Shown here: piece by piece, positions 62,031 to 64,000 of the stretch
Layout: each line of letters starts with the position of its first letter
Position numbering within the stretch: the stretch's first letter is position 1
NCBI GenBank assembly: GCA_040755455.1
Contig: JBFMAY010000022.1
Span: 1-64,000, forward strand
DNA length: 64,000 bases
From: Thermodesulfobacteriota bacterium
GTDB taxonomy: Bacteria > Desulfobacterota > Desulfobulbia > Desulfobulbales > SURF-16
Direction of reading: 5' to 3'
The notes under the pieces: model-generated
Databases searched by the model: none
Told to the model about the DNA's origin: nothing
Seen by the model: the letters and a program-made list of their open reading frames with translations, nothing else
Translations under genes and position numbers: made by a program

Positions 62031-63731
62031 TTAGAAATATACCTCGAAAGTCACATAGACCTGATCGGCATCTTCGATGGTTGGCATCAATGAACCCCAT
62101 TGCAGGGCCTCAGGGTCATCTAAATCGTAGGGTTTCACGTTCCAGTCCGATCCGCCTGAGTAATCATAGTCGTAATGCTGATAGCCGAAGCGCATGAAGG
62201 TCTTGGCATATTTGGAAATGGCCTCGCCGGTGGGCAGATCCCAGAGGAGATAGGCCTCATAGACATCGCCGCGGGTTGCCAGTTTGGAGCTGTACAGATC
62301 GTCGTGACCCGGAGTCATGCCGATCCAGTACTGGGAACCATGGTTGTACTCAAGACCGAATTTAAGGCCCAGGTCGTCCATGTCGTAGCGGGCGCCCACC
62401 CAGATATTGTAGCCATCCTCGTTATCATCATTAATGTCGGGCGGGCCACTTAAGCCGGCCAGAAAATCATTAAACATACCGGTATCATCATCGGGCATTG
62501 TGCGGCTCCAGCCGGCTTCAACGAAATAATTCAACTTCTGCCATTTATCCATGTAGACGGCAGAGGTATGCAGTACATCACCCACGTTCTGGCGGTCTCC
62601 CAGGAAGAAGGTGTAGAAATCATTCATACTCTGCTCATCGAATTCAGGGAAATTGAAGGCGTTGAAGACCATGAAGGACTGCAGATAGGCAAGAGTATTG
62701 CCTTTATTGTAAATATCCCAGCTAACCCCGGCAAAATCGGTGTCGTTGAGATCTGATGTGACGGAATCGTATTCCAGGCCGTTTTCAAAACCGCGGCCGT
62801 AGCAAATACGAAACCGGCCTGGTGCGTCTTGCATGCCGAACAGGTTGGCATAGGCATAACCAACGGAAATACCATCGAACGGCCAATCCATATAAGCTGT
62901 CGGCGTTGCCATTCTCTCATCCAGGCCCATGCGAAGCTGGGCAGCGGGGCCATCCGTGGTGGGCCGGCGGCCGACGGAAAACCAGATCGGCTGGCCGCCT
63001 ATGTTGTTCCAGTTGACAAAGGCGCGGTCGACGCGGAGGATCGAGTCACTCGGCTCACGGCTGCTGGTTCCGTCAAAAGAGGGGTAGCCGAACTGGGTGA
63101 CATTGGGCGGAATCGTGTCAGTGCCCCAGGCCTTATACATGGCCAGTCTTCCTTTGAAATCCACGTTCTCGGTGGCCTTGACCCGCATGTTCAGGCGGAA
63201 ACGATTGGTGAAAATACTGGTATTTTCCATCTCGTCATCGTCCAGCATAGGCAGCGTGCCGCCGCCCCACTTGGCCAATAAATTCCCCATCATTGCGGCT
63301 CGGTCATAGGGATTGACGCCATCAGTAAAAACGGCGTCGTGTTGCCAGGTCTGCATATCGACAGGGGTGGTCACCAGATCGTTCTGGTACCAGTCGGCCC
63401 GGGCGCGGAAATCACCGAAGAGCTGAACGCGGGAGGCAAGATCCCAGGCCTCGCTTTTTTCATCAAGATTATCAAAAGCCTCTTTCTGGTTGTCTTCCAG
63501 GGCTTTCATCTGGTTTTTCAGCGCGGCGATTTCCTGCTGGGCCTTGGCGTCAGTGGCCGGTCCCTGCGCCTCTTTCATGGCCGCCATCTGCGCTTTTAAA
63601 TTGGCGAGCTCCTTGGTCAGCCGGTCAACCTGCGCAGCCAGATCCGTGGTGGCGCTGGCGCTGCCGGCGCAAGCCAAGGCCGGCAGTGCGAGGAGTCCGG
63701 CCAAAGCGATTGTTGAGATTTTTTTTAACAT
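62031..63731 (-). CDS. DUF3373-family outer-membrane protein (coiled coil plus beta-barrel)
   Basis: Signal peptide, N-terminal coiled coil, GDFRAR, NRFRLNMRVKA..FKGRLAMYKAWG, GRRPTTDG, C-terminal EVYF; GGAGG RBS. Confidence 0.8.
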   Translation of the reverse strand: MLKKISTIALAGLLALPALACAGSASATTDLAAQVDRLTKELANLKAQMAAMKEAQGPATDAKAQQEIAALKNQMKALEDNQKEAFDNLDEKSEAWDLASRVQLFGDFRARADWYQNDLVTTPVDMQTWQHDAVFTDGVNPYDRAAMMGNLLAKWGGGTLPMLDDDEMENTSIFTNRFRLNMRVKATENVDFKGRLAMYKAWGTDTIPPNVTQFGYPSFDGTSSREPSDSILRVDRAFVNWNNIGGQPIWFSVGRRPTTDGPAAQLRMGLDERMATPTAYMDWPFDGISVGYAYANLFGMQDAPGRFRICYGRGFENGLEYDSVTSDLNDTDFAGVSWDIYNKGNTLAYLQSFMVFNAFNFPEFDEQSMNDFYTFFLGDRQNVGDVLHTSAVYMDKWQKLNYFVEAGWSRTMPDDDTGMFNDFLAGLSGPPDINDDNEDGYNIWVGARYDMDDLGLKFGLEYNHGSQYWIGMTPGHDDLYSSKLATRGDVYEAYLLWDLPTGEAISKYAKTFMRFGYQHYDYDYSGGSDWNVKPYDLDDPEALQWGSLMPTIEDADQVYVTFEVYF

Positions 63732-64000
63732 ATCTCCCTCCAAAATAAAGATGTGATTTGCAGGCATTTGCGAAAATGCCCGCCCCCCCAAGATTCTTAC
63801 CGGCGACGAATTGCCGGAATGATCATTCCGACGGCTCTAGATGCCGGTAAAAATATTTCCTATATAAATGTTATGTCTATCGCGAAGTAGGTGTATTGTC
63901 AATAATAAATTGACGAATTGCCTGAGTTAGGCTGCTGGAGGCAATATTGGAAAATCATCAGGAAATTGGCAAATTACAGATTTTTCCAGTATCGACTTAC

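Overview
Mostly core chromosome of a GC-rich anaerobic deltaproteobacterium. The gene content (DUF3373 and a second large outer-membrane barrel protein, pilMNOP, CooT/CooJ-like pair) suggests Desulfobacterota, probably Desulfobulbales; this is an inference. Housekeeping genes are guaA/B, aspS, hisS, nadB, nfo, holA, clpS/A, panE, birA, ligA, dnaG-rpoD-dprA-topA, pyrBC, lepB, secB, uvrA, rsmB and pgeF. I found no rRNA, tRNA, CRISPR array, integrase or transposase. Main observations: (1) six inverted heptamer-array elements (GRAGYCA...TGRCTYC), five with short non-coding centres and one enclosing a four-helix-bundle (Avd-like/23S-IVS family) gene, plus other 7-bp and 9-bp period families, a REP and a MITE-like hairpin; (2) a coupled operon of an ICMT-type methyltransferase, a class I terpenoid-synthase-fold protein, a SAM methyltransferase and a LolCDE/MacB-like ABC exporter; (3) a type IV pilus operon whose PilQ-position gene has TPRs instead of a secretin barrel, followed by an MshL-like lipo-secretin; (4) an Nth-Xth fusion facing nfo; (5) an iota-class (COG4337-type) carbonic anhydrase candidate; (6) an orphan cooT-cooJ pair; (7) tandem NrdR-like boxes with no nrd gene in the window; (8) a one-base frameshift near the end of a YyaL gene. 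All family calls come from motif recognition by eye, with no database searches.
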